From assembly GCA_964187785.1 (NCBI GenBank), contig OZ076409.1:70620001-70684000 (forward strand): a DNA stretch of 64,000 nt, written 5' to 3'. The DNA comes from Amphiscolops sp. MND2022 (lineage: Eukaryota). This document shows positions 8,003-23,400 of the stretch, piece by piece (position 1 is the stretch's first letter; every line of letters starts with the position of its first letter). Under the pieces are notes generated by a model. That model did no database searches and was not told the DNA's origin. It saw only the letters and a list, made by a program, of their open reading frames with translations. A program made the translations under genes and the position numbers.

Positions 8003-9290
8003 GTGGCCGGAAATTTTTTTTTTCATCAAAATCTTTGCCATTGGGGGAGGGGCCCCGGATGGCCAGTAGTACGGGATAGCTTCCTACCAAATCCAGATGG
8101 AAAAAACGTGATTTCGGAAACTAGCCGTCAGAATTTGCTCAAATTTTGCATACGGCTTCCTATGACAATCCTAAGAACTAATCCCTACTGGCATTTTGCC
8201 CAAAAAACGCAAAAAGTTGGTCAAAATCTTAGTTTTTTGGTCAAAAAATGGCAATTTTTCGAAAAAATTTTTTTTCAGAGACAATTACTCGTAACTGGTT
8301 CACCCAGCGCAAAAACGCCTAGCTGATTTATTTTTGGGCACTTCATGAGGAGTGCGTATACAAATTTTCGTCCAGATCGGAAAAAAATTCACTAAGTATT
8401 AGCCGGAATTCGGACGCATTTTTTCGCAAATTTTTGAAAACCTAGTCTATCTCTGCCGTTTTTTGCCCAGATTTTTTTCCAGGTCCTCTCCTAAAGGCCT
8501 CCCCTGGCCGGTTTACTTCCCAGAAAAACCATTTGGCCCTAAATACGGAGTTTCAGCGTTCTAGCATTCCCGGGCGAAAAGATGTGGGACTTAGAAAAAA
8601 TTCAAAATTTTTCAAAAATTTTTTTTTTCGTTTTCCGGCCCCCCAATGAAGGGGAACGACCCCCCAACGAGGATTTTTGGTGAATTCACGTGGAAAGGCC
8701 TTGTTTTGTGGATCAAATTGCCGTTTAGAGCGACTTTTTATCTTAACTTGACGTTGACCTCTGTCGTTTTGAATTTGATATTAGTATGTGTTGAGCATGT
8801 GAAAAGTTGATGATTTCAGTTGTTCTCTCGTGTTCAAGCCATTAAGATACAAGCGGTAGTGATCAAAATGTGATTTATCGCAATTTGGTGGTGCTTTTGG
8901 TGTATTTTGATTCTTTTAAATAAAAAGTTGTTCTTTATATATTTGGTGTATTGATTCAAATGAACAAGAAACAGTTGAGTACATTTCATCTCCCCCCTTG
9001 TGGGGGAGATGAGGATGTACCCGCTAAATGACACGCACAATGGGCCAATTTTACTTTTATGCGACGTTTCCTAGGCTTTTGCGCAAGCCCACTACTATTT
9101 AGACTGGTTTCCTTTTCTTTTACTCCAAAATTTTCCGTACTAACCACCTTACGCACCACCAGCTCATCGTAACATCTGTAACGTCAACGCCACATACTCG
9201 CATCAACTCCCACCGTCCGTGGGCATGCCGAGGCATGCCCTTCGACGACGTATGCCAAATAGCGCCACAGGGCGCCCACTCTTTCGCTAG
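8003..9290 (+). repeat. Family B unit (head type B1, 1288 bp)
   Basis: First ~380 nt nearly identical to the start of unit 811. B core, subterminal hairpin and terminal box present. Confidence 0.93.
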
Positions 9291-12200
9291 GTGCGGGGGG
9301 GAAACCCCATCCCTTATCATGGAGGATTCGGGTAGGGTCCTGAATCCGAGTTCAGTGCCGCCAGCTCTCAGTAGAAATCTGGGAAATTTTTTGCGATCTC
9401 GTGATCTAACCATAGGATTTTAAAGTTGGAGCGGCCCCCACCAGATTTTCCAAAGTTATTCGCCCCCCACCGGGTTCCAGCGTGATTGAAATATTCTGAC
9501 GGGGTACACGGGCGACCGTTAGGGGTCATTTTAGGGGTAAAATTTATATAATGTCGCTTAACTTTTTTCCTGTTGGATTAAAACTTTGGGACCCTGCTAA
9601 AAGTTTCTTGACCGTGTTGCAGGGGCCCCGGAGGTCCAAACCAAATTTTTCTATCTTGAAGCTATCTCCAAGTACCCCCCCGCCCAAACCGTTATTTTTC
9701 CGGAAATGCCGGTTTTTGACCCGGAAGGAGTTGTCTGAGCGCGGGATCGTTAGGTGATGTTTTGGGGACGGCCTCGAGACGAAGCGGGGGATATATAGTT
9801 TGCCGACCCCAGTTTACCCCCCGCACGGGAAATGACCGTTATATGAGCGGGAAAAATGTCCCCCTCCACGTTTTACCGCTATTTCCGGTGTGAAGGAGTG
9901 GGAGTAGCGCGTCGGGTGTTATATAACAAAAGTAGGTTTAGACAAGGACCTATCGGAAACATGTAGTTTGGGACCCCCTGGTCCAACCCGTTAGCGGGAA
10001 ATGGGGCTTCCGCCTCCTTTTTTTACTGCTAAAACCGTAAAATGGGCATTGAGGGGTAAATATCTCGTGAACGCGTGGAGCAATCGTGTCCATCACTACT
10101 ACAAGGTTTCATACCCATGATATGGTGCCTTCAGGGGGGCAAACAGATTTCCGCTATCTATCACCGTTACCGACTTGGCCCCCCAGCCTAACCGCTATGT
10201 GACCGGAAATGTCACTTTTTGAGCCCAAAGGGTCGGTCCCAGCCGGGGAACGTTAGGTAACTTATTGTAGTGCTAATTGAGACGAGTTGGGGGATATAGT
10301 TTCAGTCACCCCCCGTTACCCCTTGGGACCGGAAATGACCGTTATGTGGGTAAAATTGCAATTTTTATACTTTTTCAAGTGTATTTAGGTGCGGAAGGAG
10401 TGGTAATAGGTGCTTGGACACCATATGATGTAATGGAGGTCGAGAGGAGAGCATTCGGAAGTAACCGTTACGTTGACCCCAAAGTCCTCCTGGTACCGTT
10501 AACGAACGGAAATGGCCAAATTTTGTGTTTATAGGGTACAAATGTTTAGTATTTTGTAGATAAAAGTATCTATTAGGTGTTTCGGCGGTCTGCAATAGTG
10601 AACATAGTCATGAAACCTTGTGGGGGGTAACGGGGTATATAGCACCGGAAGTCCAAACCGTTGGACACAGGATAGGTTTTTGGTTTGAAAATGTCTTTCG
10701 GCGTACTTTTGTCGACTATTATGGACTATTATTAAAAATTAAAGTTTTTCCATATAGTTTCAGAGACTCCGAAATCTCAACCAACATAACCGTTACACTT
10801 TGATAGCCTTTCAAGTTGGCCTGGTGTCAACTTGGAAGCGCTATCCTTCTGAAATCGTTAATCAAGAGTGTTTTTGGGTAGGTATATATTGCATTAGTAC
10901 CAATTAGAGCTTCATCAACAGTGTATCAACGACAAAAACTATGCCGTCATGATTCTGTTATTAGAATCATAGTGAGCAAATAGTTGAAAAAAAATGGTTT
11001 TTTCCATACAAAATGTGTCCTAATGCCAGGAAACCTATTTACCTAACAAATGGTATTAATTGGAATGTATGTAACAGATTTATAAAAGTTCAAATTGAAT
11101 ATTACATTTCATTATGGAAGCTGAAACGTCATATTTCAGTTTAATTAACGTCAACGCCACATACTTTACATCAACGCCCACCGTCTGTGGGCATGCCGAG
11201 GCATGCCCTTCGACGACGTATACCAAATACATACCTAACGACGCCCGTACATCCCGGGCTAGGTGCGGGGGGGTAACCCCAACAAAGATATTGGAGGATT
11301 CGGGTAGGGTCCTGAATCCGATCTTAGTACCGCCAGCTATCAGTAGAAAATTTCCCTCAAAAACCGGGATCTCGGGAACTAACCGTAGGATTTGAAAGTT
11401 GGAGCGGCCCCCACCAGATTTTCCCGAATAGATCGCCCCCCACCGGGCTCCATACCCCGGAAAATTTTTTTTGGCCACACGGGCGACAGTTAGGGGGTCA
11501 TTTTAGGGGTAAAATTCATATTGGTCCATATAACTTTTTTCCTGTTGGTTTAAAAGTTTGGGAACCCTTCTAAAGGTTTTTCGACCATGTTGCAAGGGCT
11601 CCGGAGGTGCAAACCAAATTTTTCTATCTTGAAGCTATCTCCAAGTACCCCCCCGCTCAAACCGTTATTTTTCCGGAAACGCAGGTTTTTGACCCGGAAG
11701 GAGTCGTCTGAGCGCGGGGTCGTTAGGTGATGTTTTGGGGACGGCCTTGAGACAAAGTGGGGGACAAGTAGTTTGCCAACCTCAATTTACCCCCCGGACG
11801 GGAAATGACCGTTATATGAGCGTAAAAAATGCCCCCCTCCACGGTTTACCGCTATTTCCGGTGTGAAGGTGTGGGAGTAGCGCGTCGGGTGCCATATATC
11901 AAAAGTAGGTTTAGACAAGGATCTATCAAAAACATGTGGTTTGGGACCCCCTGACCCAACCCGTTAGCGGGAAATGGGGCTTCCGCCTCCTTTTTTTTCG
12001 GTTAAAAACGGAAAATGGGCATTGAGGGGTAAATATCTCGTGAACGCGTGGAGCTACGGTGTCCTTCACTACTACAAGGTTTCATACCCATGATATGGTG
12101 CCTTCAGGGGGGCAAACAGATTTCCGCTATCTATCACCGTTACGGACTTGGCCACCCAGCCTAACCGCTATGTGACCGGAAATGTCACTTTTTGAGCCCA

Positions 12201-15200
12201 AAGGGTCGGTCCCAGCCAGGGAACGTTAGATAACTTTTTGTAGTACTCATTGAGACGAGTTGGGGGACATAGTTTCAGTCACCCCCCGTTACCCCTTGTG
12301 ACCGGAAATGACCGTTATGTGGGTAAAATTGGGATTTTTGTACTTTTTGAAGGGCAATTAGGTGCGGAAGGAGTGGTAATAGGTGCTTGGACACTATATG
12401 ATGGAATGGAGGACGTGAGGCGAACATTCAGACATAACCGTTATGTTGACCCTAAAGTCCCCCTGGTACCGTAAACGACCGGAAATGGTCAAATTTTGTG
12501 TCTATTGGGTACAAATGTTTGGTATTTTGTAAATAAAAGTATCTATTAGGTGTTTCGACGGTCTGCAGTAGTGAACATAGTCATGAAACCTTGTGGGGGG
12601 TAACGGTATATAGCACCGGAAGTCCAAAACGTTAGAGACGGGATAGGTTTTTCCGTTTTAAAATGTCTTTCGGCGTACTTTTGTCAACTAATATGGAATA
12701 TTTTTTAAAATTAAAGTTTTTCCATATAGTTTCAGAGACTCCCAAACCTCAAACAACATAACCGTTACCTTATGATAGCCTTTCAAGTTGGCCTGGTGTC
12801 AACTTGGAAGGGCTATCCTTCAAAAATCGTTGATCAAGTGTGTTTTTGGGTATGTTTGAATCATTTTAGAATCAATTAGAGCTTCAAGAAATGTTTGCCA
12901 ACGACAAAAACTACGTCGTGATGATTCCGTTATTAGAGTAATAGTTAACAAAATATTGATTAAGTTGTTTTTTTACATTTCAAAAGTGTCCTAAAAGCCA
13001 GAAAACCTCTTTACCAAACAAATGGTATTGATTGGATTGTATATACCAGGTAATAAAAGTTCAAATTGATTATTACGTTTTATTATGTGAGCTGAAACGT
13101 CATATTATAGTTTAATTAACGTCAACGCCACATACTTTACACCAACGCCCACCGTCTGTGGGCATGCCGAGGCATGCCCTTCGACGACGTATACCAAATA
13201 CATTTCATATCTACACCCACCCGCGGTAGCAGCTAGGTGCGGGGGGGTAACCCCAACAAAAATTTTGGAGGATTCGGGTAGGGTCCTGAATCCGAGTTCA
13301 GTGCTGCCAGCTTTCGTTAAGAAAATTTGGATAGGATTCGGGATCTCGTGATCTAACCATAGGATTTTAAAGTTGGAGCGGCCCCCACCAGATTTTCCGA
13401 AAATTAGCGCCCCCCACCGGGTTCCATACCCCGGAAAATTTTTTTCTGGCCACACGGGCGACCGTTAGGGGGTCATTTTAGGGGTAAAATTCATATTGGG
13501 CCACATAACTTTTTTTCTGTTGATTTAAAACTTTGGGACCCTGCTAAAAGTTTCTTGACCGTGTTGCAGGGGCCCCGGAGGTCCAAACCAAATTTTTCTA
13601 TCTTGAAGCTATCTCCAAGTACCCCCCCGCCCAAAACGTTATTTTTCCGGAAACGCAGGTTTTTGACCCGGAAGGAGTCGTCGGAGCGCGGGGTCGTTAG
13701 GTGATGTATTGGGGACGGCCTTGAGACGAAGTGGGGGACATGCAGTTTGCCAACCCCAGTTTACCCCCCGGACGGGAAATGACCGTTATATGAGCGGGAA
13801 AAATGCCCCCTTCCACGTTTTACCGCTATTTCCGGTGTGAAGGAGTGGGAGTAGCGCGTCGGGTGTTAAATAAAAAAAGTAGGTTTAGACAAGGACCTAT
13901 CGGAAACATGTAGTTTGGGACCCCCTGGTCCAACCCGTTAGCGGGAAATGGGACTTCCGCCTCCTTTTTTTACTGCTAAAACCGTAAAATGGGCATTGAG
14001 GGGTAAATATCTCGTGAACGCGTGGAGCAATCGTGTCCATCACTACTACAAGGTTTCATACCCATGATATGGTGCCTTCAGGGGGGCAAACAGATTTCCG
14101 CTATCTATCACCGTTACCGACTTGGCCCCCCAGTCTAACCGCTATGTGACCGGAAATGTCCATTTTTGAGCCCAAAGGGTCGGTCCCAGCCGGGGAACGT
14201 TAGGTAACTTATTGTAGTACTCAATGAGACGAGTTTGGGGATATAGTTTCAGTCACCCCCCGTTACCCCTTGGGACCGGAAATGACCGTTATGTGGGTAA
14301 AATTGCAATTTTTATACTTTTTCAAGTGTATTTAGGTGCGGAAGGAGTGGTAATAGGTGCTTGGACACTATATGAGGTAAGGGAGGACGTGAGGCGAGCA
14401 TTCGGAAATAACCGTTATGTTGACCCTAAAGTCCCCCTGGTACCGTAAACGACCGGAAATGGTCAAATTTTGTGTCTATTGGTTACAAATGTTTAGTATT
14501 TTGTAGATAAAAGTATCTATTAGGTGTTTCGACGGTCTGCAATAGTGAACATAGTCATGAAACCTTGTGGGGGGTAACGGTATATAGCACCGGAAGTCCA
14601 AACCGTTGGAGACAGGATGAGTTTTTTGGTTTTAAAATGTCTTTCGGTGTTCCTTTGTCGACTATTAAGGACTATTTTTAAAAATTAAAGTTTTTCCATA
14701 TAGTTTCAGAGACTCCGAAACCTCAACCAACATAACCGTTACATTTTGATAGCCTTTCAAGTTGGCCTGGTGTCAACTTGGAAGCGCTATCCTTCTGAAA
14801 TCGTTAATCAAGAGTGTTTTTGGGGTAGGTATATATTGCATTAGTACCAATTAGAGCTTCATCAACAGTGTATCAACGACAAAAACTATGCCGTCATGAT
14901 TCCGTTATTAGAATCATAGTGAGCAAATTGTTGAAAAAAATGGTTTTTTCCATACAAAATGTGTCCTAAATGCCAGGAAACCTATTTACCTAACAAATGG
15001 TATTAATTGGAATGTATGTAACAGATTTATAAAAGTTCAAATTGAATATTACATTTCATTATGGAAGCTGAAACGTCATATTTTAGTTTAATTAACGTCA
15101 ACGCCACACACTTTACATCAACGCACACCGTCTGTGGGCATGCCGAGGCATGCCCTTCGACGACGTATGACAAATCCATATCAAACGACGCCCGTACATG

Positions 15201-18200
15201 CCGGGCTAGGTGCGGGGGGGAAACCCCAACAAAATTTTTGGAGGATTCGGGTAGGGTCCTGAATCCGAGTTCAGTGCTGCCAGCTTTCGTTAAGAAAATT
15301 TGGATAGGATTCGGGATCTCGTGATCTAACCATAGGATTTTAAAGTTGGAGCGGCCCCCACCAGATTTTCCGAAAATTAGCGCCCCCCACCGGGTTCCAT
15401 ACCCCGGAAAATTTTTTTCTGGCCACACGGGCGACCGTTAGGGGGTCATTTTAGGGGTAAAATTCATATTGGGCCACATAACTTTTTTTCTGTTGATTTA
15501 AAACTTTGGGACCCTGCTAAAAGTTTCTTGACCGTGTTGCAGGGGCCCCGGAGGTCCAAACCAAATTTTTCTATCTTGAAGCTATCTCCAAGTACCCCCC
15601 CGCCCAAAACGTTATTTTTCCGGAAACGCAGGTTTTTGACCCGGAAGGAGTCGTCGGAGCGCGGGGTCGTTAGGTGATGTATTGGGGACGGCCTTGAGAC
15701 GAAGCGGGGGACATGCAGTTTGCCGACCTCGGTTTACCCCTCGGACAGGAAATGACCGTTATATGAGCGGGAAAAATGCCCCCCTCCACGTTTTACCGCT
15801 ATTTCCGGTGTGAAGGAGTGGGAGTAGCGCGTCGGGTGCCATATATCAAAAGTAGGTTTAAACAAGGACCTATCGGAAACATGTAGTTTGGGACCCTCTG
15901 GACCAACCCGTTAGCGGGAAATGGCGCTTCCGCCTCCTTTTTTTACTGCTAAAACAGTAAAATGGGCATTGAGGGGTAAATATCTCGTGAACGCGTGGAG
16001 CAATCGTGTCCATCACTACTACAAGGTTTCATACCCATGATATGGTGCCTTCAGGGGGGCAAACAGATTTCCGCTATCTATCACCGTTACGGACTTGGCC
16101 CCCCAGCCTAACCGCTATGTGACCGGAAATGTCACTTTTTGAGCCCAAAGGGTCGGTCCCAGCCGGGGAACGTTAGGTAACTTATTGTAGCACTCAATGA
16201 GACGAGTTGGGGGACATAGTTTCAGTCACCCCCCGTTACCCCTTGGGACCGGAAATGACCGTTATGTGGGTAAAATTGCCATTTTTATACTTTTTCAAGT
16301 GTATTTAGGTGCGGAAGGAGTGGTAATAGGTGCTTGGACACTATATGAAGGAAGGGAGGACGTGAGGCGAGCATTCGAAAATAAACGTTATGTTGACCCT
16401 AAAGTCCCCCTGGTACCGGAAGTGACCCGTAATGGTCAAATTTTGTGTTCAAAGGGTACAAATGTTTGGTGTTTTATGGATAACAGTGCCTATTAGGTGT
16501 TTCGACGGTCTGCAGTCGTGAACATAGTCATGAAACCTTGTGGGGGGTAACGGTATATAGCACCGGAAGTCCAAACCTTTGGAGAAAGGATAAGTTTTTT
16601 GGTTTTAAAATATCTTTCGGCCTACTTTTGTCGACTATTATGGTCTATTTTTGAAAAATAAAGTTTTTCCATAAAGTTTCAGAGACTCCGAAACCTCAAC
16701 CAACATAACCGTTACGTTATGATAGCCTTTCAAGTTGGCCTGGTGTCAACTTGGAAGGGCTATCCTTCAAAAATCGTCAATCAAGTGTGTTTTTGTGTAT
16801 GTTTGTATCATTTTAGAAACAAATAGAGCTTCAAGAAAAGTTTGCCAACGACAAAAACTATGTCGTGATGATTCCGTTATTAGAATAATAGTTAGCAAAT
16901 TGTTGAGAAAATTGATTTTTTTCCATAAAAAATGTGTCCTAATTGCCGGGAAACCTATTTAACTAACAAATGGTATTGATTGGAATGTATGTAACAGAGT
17001 TATGAAAGTTCAAATTGATTATTACGTTTCATTATGGAAGCTGAAACGTAATATTTTAGTTTAATTAACGTCAACGCCACACACTTTACATCAACGCCCA
17101 CCGTCTGTGGGCATGCCGAGGCATGCCCTTCGACGACGTATACCAAATTCCACCCACACAACACCCTCGAGCGCGGTAGCAGCTAGGTGCGGGGGGGAAA
17201 CCCCAACAAAATTTTTGGAGGATTCGGGTAGGGTCCTGAATCCGAGTTCAGTGCTGCCAGCTTTCGTTAAGAAAATTTGGATAGGATTCGGGATCTCGTG
17301 ATCTAACCATAGGATTTTAAAGTTGGAGCGGCCCCCACCAGATTTTCCGAAAATTAGCGCCCCCCACCGGGTTCCAGCGTGATTGAAATATTTTGACGGG
17401 GTACACGGGCGACCGTTAGGGGGTCATTTTAGGGGTAAAATTCATATTGGGCCACATAACTTTTTTTCTGTTGATTTAAAACTTTGGGACCCTGCTAAAA
17501 GTTTCTTGACCGTGTTGCAAGGGCTCCGGAGGTCCAAACCAAATTTTTCTAGCTTGAAGCTATCTCCAAGTACCCCCCCGCCCAAAACGTTATTTTTCCG
17601 GAAACGCAGGTTTTTGACCCGGAAGGAGTCGTCTGAGCGCGGGGTCGTTAGGTGATGTATTGGGGACGGCCTTGAGACGAAGCGGGGGACATGTAGTTTG
17701 CCGACCCCAGTTTACCCCCCGGACAGGAAATGACCGTTATATAAGCGGGAAAAATGCCCCCCTCCACGTTTTACCGCTATTTCCGGTGTGAAGGAGTGGA
17801 AGTAGCGCGTCGGGTGCCATATATCAAAAGTAGGTTTAGACAAGGACCTATCGGAAACATGTGGTTTGGGACCCCCTGGACCAACCCGTTAGCGGGAAAT
17901 GGGGCTTCCGCCTCCTTTTTTTACTGCTAAAACCGTAAAATGGGCATTGAGGGGTAAATATCTCGTGAACGCGTGGAGCTACAGTGTCCATCACTACTAC
18001 AAGGTTTCATACCCATGATATGGTGCCTTCAGGGGGGCAAACAGATTTCCGCTATCTATCACCGTTACCGACTTGGCCCCCCAGCCTAACCGCTATGTGA
18101 CCGGAAATGTCACTTTTTGAGCCCAAAGGGTCGGTCCCAGCCGGGGAACGTTAGGTAACTTATTGTAGTACTCATTGAGACGAGTTGGGGGATATAGTTT

Positions 18201-19162
18201 CAGTCAACCCCCGTTACCCCTTGAGACCGGAAATGACCGTTATGTGGGTAAATTTGCAATTTTTATACTCTTTGAAGTGCATTTAGGTGCGGAAGGAGTG
18301 GTAATAGGTGCTTGGACACTATATGAAGGAAGGGAGGACGTGAGGCGAGCATTTGGAAATAACCGTTATGTTGACCCTAAAGTCCCCCTGGTACCGGAAG
18401 TGACCCGTAATGGTCAAATTTTGTGTTCAAAGGGTACAAATGTTTGGCATTTTGTAGATAAAAGTATCTATTAGGTGTTTCGACGGTCTGCAGTCGTGAA
18501 CATAGTCATGAAAACTTGTGGGGGGTAACGGTATATAGCACCGGAAGTCCAAACCTTTGGAGACAGGATAAGTTTTTTGGTTTTAAAATGTCTTTCGGCC
18601 TACTTTTGTCGACTATTATGGTCTATTTTTCAAAAATAGAGTTTTTCCATATAGTTTCAGAGACTCCGAAACCTCAACCAACATAACCGTTACCTTATGA
18701 TAGCCTTTCAAGTTGGCCTGGTGTCAACTTGGAAGGGCTATCCTTCAAAAATCATTAATCAAGTGTTTTTTTGAGTATGTTTGTATTACTTTAGAATCAG
18801 TTAGAGCTTCAAGAAAAGTTTGCCAACGACAAAAACTATGTCGTGATGATTCCGTTATTAGAATAATGACTAAGAAAATGTTGATAAATTTGATTTTTTA
18901 CATTTCAAATGTGTCCTAAATGCCAGAAAACCTCTTTACCAATTAAATGGTATTGAGTGAATTGTATATAACAGCTAATAAAAGTTCAAATTGAATATTA
19001 CGTTTCATTTTGGAAGCTGAAACGTCATATTGAAGTTTAATTAACGTCAACGCCACATACTTTACATCAACGCCCACCGTCCGTAGGCATGCCGAGGCAT
19101 GCCTTTCGACGACGTATACCAAATTCCACCCACACAACACCCCCGAGCGCGGTAGCAGCTAG
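9291..19162 (+). repeat. Five family A units (starts 9291, 11263, 13237, 15210, 17187)
   Basis: Colinear 1972-1977 bp units with CTAG|GTG junctions. Confidence 0.96.
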
Positions 19163-20439
19163 GTGGCCGTGTCTTTTCGACGTGCTTTTGCATCGAGGAG
19201 TGGGTAGGGCCCCGCGACGACCTAGAAGAATTGGATGCTCACCGAAACGTGCAGAATTCTACGAGATCTCATAGTTTGAGCCATACGATTTTTCTGAAAT
19301 TTGGCATGTGGCCTGGAATTGGTGAGTAGGTAAAACGTGTAGGAGGTAATTTTTCCCAAATTCCATTGTGAGAGGAGATATGGGCAAATAACGGACCCAA
19401 AAATGGGGAAAATGCACTTTTTTCAAGTTTGTCAGCCAAAATCTCATTTCCAGGTGCCCGTAGCGTCCCGCACGTGGACGTCAATATTGCTCAGCGCTGT
19501 TAGAGGAGTGCGTGGACAAATTTTGGTTGAAATCGGACGAAAACGTGAGGAGAAATTAACGGTTTTCCGGGTGTTTCCGGGTTAAAATTTTTAACGGTCC
19601 AGCTTATCTTTGCCATTTTTTCGAAAATGTACTTGCCTAAAGGCCTCCCCCTGGCCGAATTTCCTCCCAGCAAACCCATTTGGCCCTAAATACGGAGTTT
19701 CAGCGTTCCAGCATTTCCGGGCGAAAAGTTGTGGGACTTAGAAAAATTTCAAAATTTTTCAAAAATTTTTTTTTCGTTTTCCGGGCCCCCAATGAAGGGG
19801 AACGACCCCCCAACCAGTATTTTGAGTGATTGCATATCGAAAGCCCTTGTTTTGACGAGAAAAATACCGTTTCGAACATCTTTTTATTTTAACTTGGCGT
19901 TGACTTATGACGTTTTGAATGTGATGTTAGGATGTGTGAGGCATGTGAAAAGTTGATGTTTTGAGTCTTTATCTCATGTGAAAGCGATTGAGATACAAGC
20001 TGTTTCGCTCAAAACGGGTTTCATCGTAATTTCGCAGTGCATCATTGACCTTTGTTGTCTTTTGAAGAATTTTTTCTTCATATAACAACAATTTTGGTGT
20101 GTTTCTTCCAATTTTTCTCATCTTCTAATTTGAAACAGTTGAGTACATTTCATCTCCCTTTCGGGGGAGATGAGAATGTACTCGCTAAAAACCTAGTGCT
20201 TTTGCGCCGCAATGTTTGCAAAAGTTGTTATTATTGCTGTTCCATCAGCATTTTCTAACTGACTTTTTTAAAACTATCAATTAACTTGAAGTACATTACT
20301 TGAACTTACTACTAATACCATACATCTCTAACGACAACGCACCCTGCTTGCATCAACGCCCACCGTCCGTGGGCATGCCGAGGCATGCCCTTCGACGACG
20401 TATGCCAAATACCAAATGCCACGCTGTCATTATCGCTAG
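19163..20439 (+). repeat. Family B unit (head type B2, 1277 bp)
   Basis: Starts GTGGCCGTGTCTTTTCGACG. B core, subterminal hairpin and terminal box present. Confidence 0.93.
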
Positions 20440-23400
20440 GTGCGGGGGGGAAACCCCATCCCTTATCTTGGAGGATTCGGGTAGGGTCCTGAATCCGAGT
20501 TCAGTGCCGCCAGCTCTCAGTAGAAATCTGGGCATTTTTTTGCGATCTCGTGATCTAACCATAGGATTTTAAAGTTGGAGCGGCCCCCACCAGATTTTCC
20601 AAAGTTATTCGCCCCCCACCGGGTTCCAGCGTGATTGAAATATTCTGACGGGGTACACGGGCGACCGTTAGGGGTCATTTTAGGGGTAAAATTTATATAA
20701 TGTCGCATAACTTTTTTTCTGTTGATTTAAAACTTTGGGACCCTGCTAAAAGTTTCTTGACCGTGTTGCAGGGGCCCCGGAGGTCCAAACCAAATTTTTC
20801 TATCTTGAAGCTATCTCCAAGTACCCCCCCGCCCAAACCGTTATTTTTCCGGAAACGCAGGTTTTTGACCCGGAAGGAGTCGTCTGAGCGCGGGGTCGTT
20901 AGGTGATGTTTTGGGGACGGCCTTGAGACGAAGTGGGGGACATGTAGTTTGCCAACCTCAGTTTACCCCCCGCACGGGAAATGACCGTTATATGAGCGGG
21001 AAAAATGCCCCCCTCCACGTTTTACCGCTATTTCCGGTGTGAAGGAGTGGGAGTAGCGCGTCGGGTGTTATATAACAAAAGTAGGTTTAGACAAGGACCT
21101 ATCGAAAACATGTGGTTTGGGACCCCCTGGACCAACCCGTTAGCGGGAAATGGGGCTTCCGCCTCCTTTTTTTACTGCTAAAACCGTAAAATGGGCATTG
21201 AGGGGTAAATATCTCGTGAACGCGTGGAGCAATCGTGTCCATCACTACTACAAGGTTTCATACCCATGATATGGTGCCTTCAGGGGGGCAAACAGATTTC
21301 CGCTATCTATCACCGTTACCGACTTGGCCCCCCAGCCTAACCGCTATGTGACCGGAAATGTCACTTTTTGAGCCCAAAGGGTCGGTCCCAGCCAGGGAAC
21401 GTTAGGTAACTTATTGTAGTACTCATCAAGACGAGTTGGGGGATATAGTTTCAGTCACCCCCCGTTACCCCTTGGGACCGGAAATGACCGTTATGTGGGT
21501 AAATTTGCATTTTTTGTACTTTTTGGAGGGCATTTAGATGAGGAAGGAGCGGTAATATGTGCTTGGACACTATATGATGATAGGGAGGACGTGAGGCGAG
21601 CTTTCGGAAATAACCGTTATGTTGACCCTAAAGTCCCCCTGGTACCGGAAGTGACCCGTAAAGGTCAAATTTTGTGTTTAAAGGGTACAAATGTTTGGTG
21701 TTTTATGGATAACAGTGCCTATTAGGTGTTTCGACGGTCTGCAGTCGTGAACATAGTCATGAAACCTTGTGGGGGGTAACGGTATATAGCACCGGAAGTC
21801 CAAACCGTTGGAGACAGGATAAGTTTTTTGGTTTTAAAATGTCTTTCGGCCTACTTTTGTCGACTATTATGGACTATTTTTGGAAAATAAAGTTTTTCCA
21901 TATAGTTTCAGAGACTCCGAAACCTCAACCAACATAACCGTTACCTTATGATAGCCTTTCAAGTTGGCCTGGTGTCAACTTGGAAGGGCTATCCTTCAAA
22001 AATCATTAATCCAGTGTGTTTTTGAGTATGCTTGTTTTACTTTAGAATCAATTAGAACTTCAAGAAAAGATTGCCAACGACAAAAACTATGTCGTGATGA
22101 TTCCGTTATTAGAATAATAGTTACCAAAATGTTGATAAAGATTTCAAATATGTCCTAAATGCCAGAAAACCTCTTTACCAAACAAATGGTATTGATTGAA
22201 TTGTATATAGCAGCTAATAAAAGTTCAAATTGAATAATACGTTTCATTATGCAAGCTGAAACGTCATATTATAGTTTAATTAACGTCAACGCCACATACT
22301 TTACATCAACGCCCACCGTCTGTGGGCATGCCGAGGCATGCCCTTCGACGACGTATACCAAATTCCTCCAACACAACACCCTCGAGCGCGGTAGCAGCTA
22401 GGTGCGGGGGGGTAACCCCTACAAAGATATTGGAGGATTCGGGTAGGGTCCTGAATCCGATCTTAGTACCGTCAGCTATCAGTAGAAAATTTCCCTCAAA
22501 AACCGGGATCTCGGGAACTAACCGTAGGATTTGAAAGTTGGAGCGGCCCCCACCAGATTTTCCCGAATAAATCGCCCCCCACCGGGCTCCATACCCCGGA
22601 AAATTTTTTTTTGGCCACACGGGCGACTGTTAGGGGGTCATTTTAGGGGTAAATTTCATATTTGTCCATAAAACTTTTTTCCTGTTGGTTTAAAAGTTTG
22701 GGAACCCTGCTAAAGGTTTTTCGACCATGTTGCAAGGGCTCCGGAGGTGCAAACCAAATTTTTCTATCTTGAAGCTATCTCCAAGTACCCCCCCCCCGCT
22801 CAAACCGTTATTTTTCCGGAAACGCAGGTTTTTGACCCGGAAGGAGTCGTCTGAGCGCGGGGTCGTTAGGTGATGTTTTGGGGACGGCCTTGAGACAAAG
22901 CGGGGGACATGTAGTTTACCAACCTCAGTTTACCCCCCGGACGGGAAATGACCGTTATATGAGCGGAAAAAATGCCCCCCTTCACGTTTTACCGCTATTT
23001 CCGGTGTGAAGGAGTGGGAGTAGCGCGTCGGGTGCCATATATCAAAAGTAGGTTTAGACAAAGACCTATCGGAAACATGTGGTTTGGGACCCCCTGACCC
23101 AACCCGTTAGCGTGGAATGGGGCTTCCGCCTCCTTTTTTTACGGGTAAAAACGGAAAATGGGCATTGAGGGGTAAATATCTCGTGAACGCGTGGAGCTAC
23201 GGTGTCCATCACTACTACAAAGTTTCATACCCATTATATGGTGCCTCCAGGGGGGCAAACAGATTTCCGCTATCTATCACCGTTACGGACTTGGCCCCCC
23301 AGCCTAACCGCTATGTGACCGGAAATGTCATATTTTGAGCCCAAAGGGTCGGTCTCAGCCAGGGAACGTTAGGTAACTTATTGTAGTACTCATTGAGACG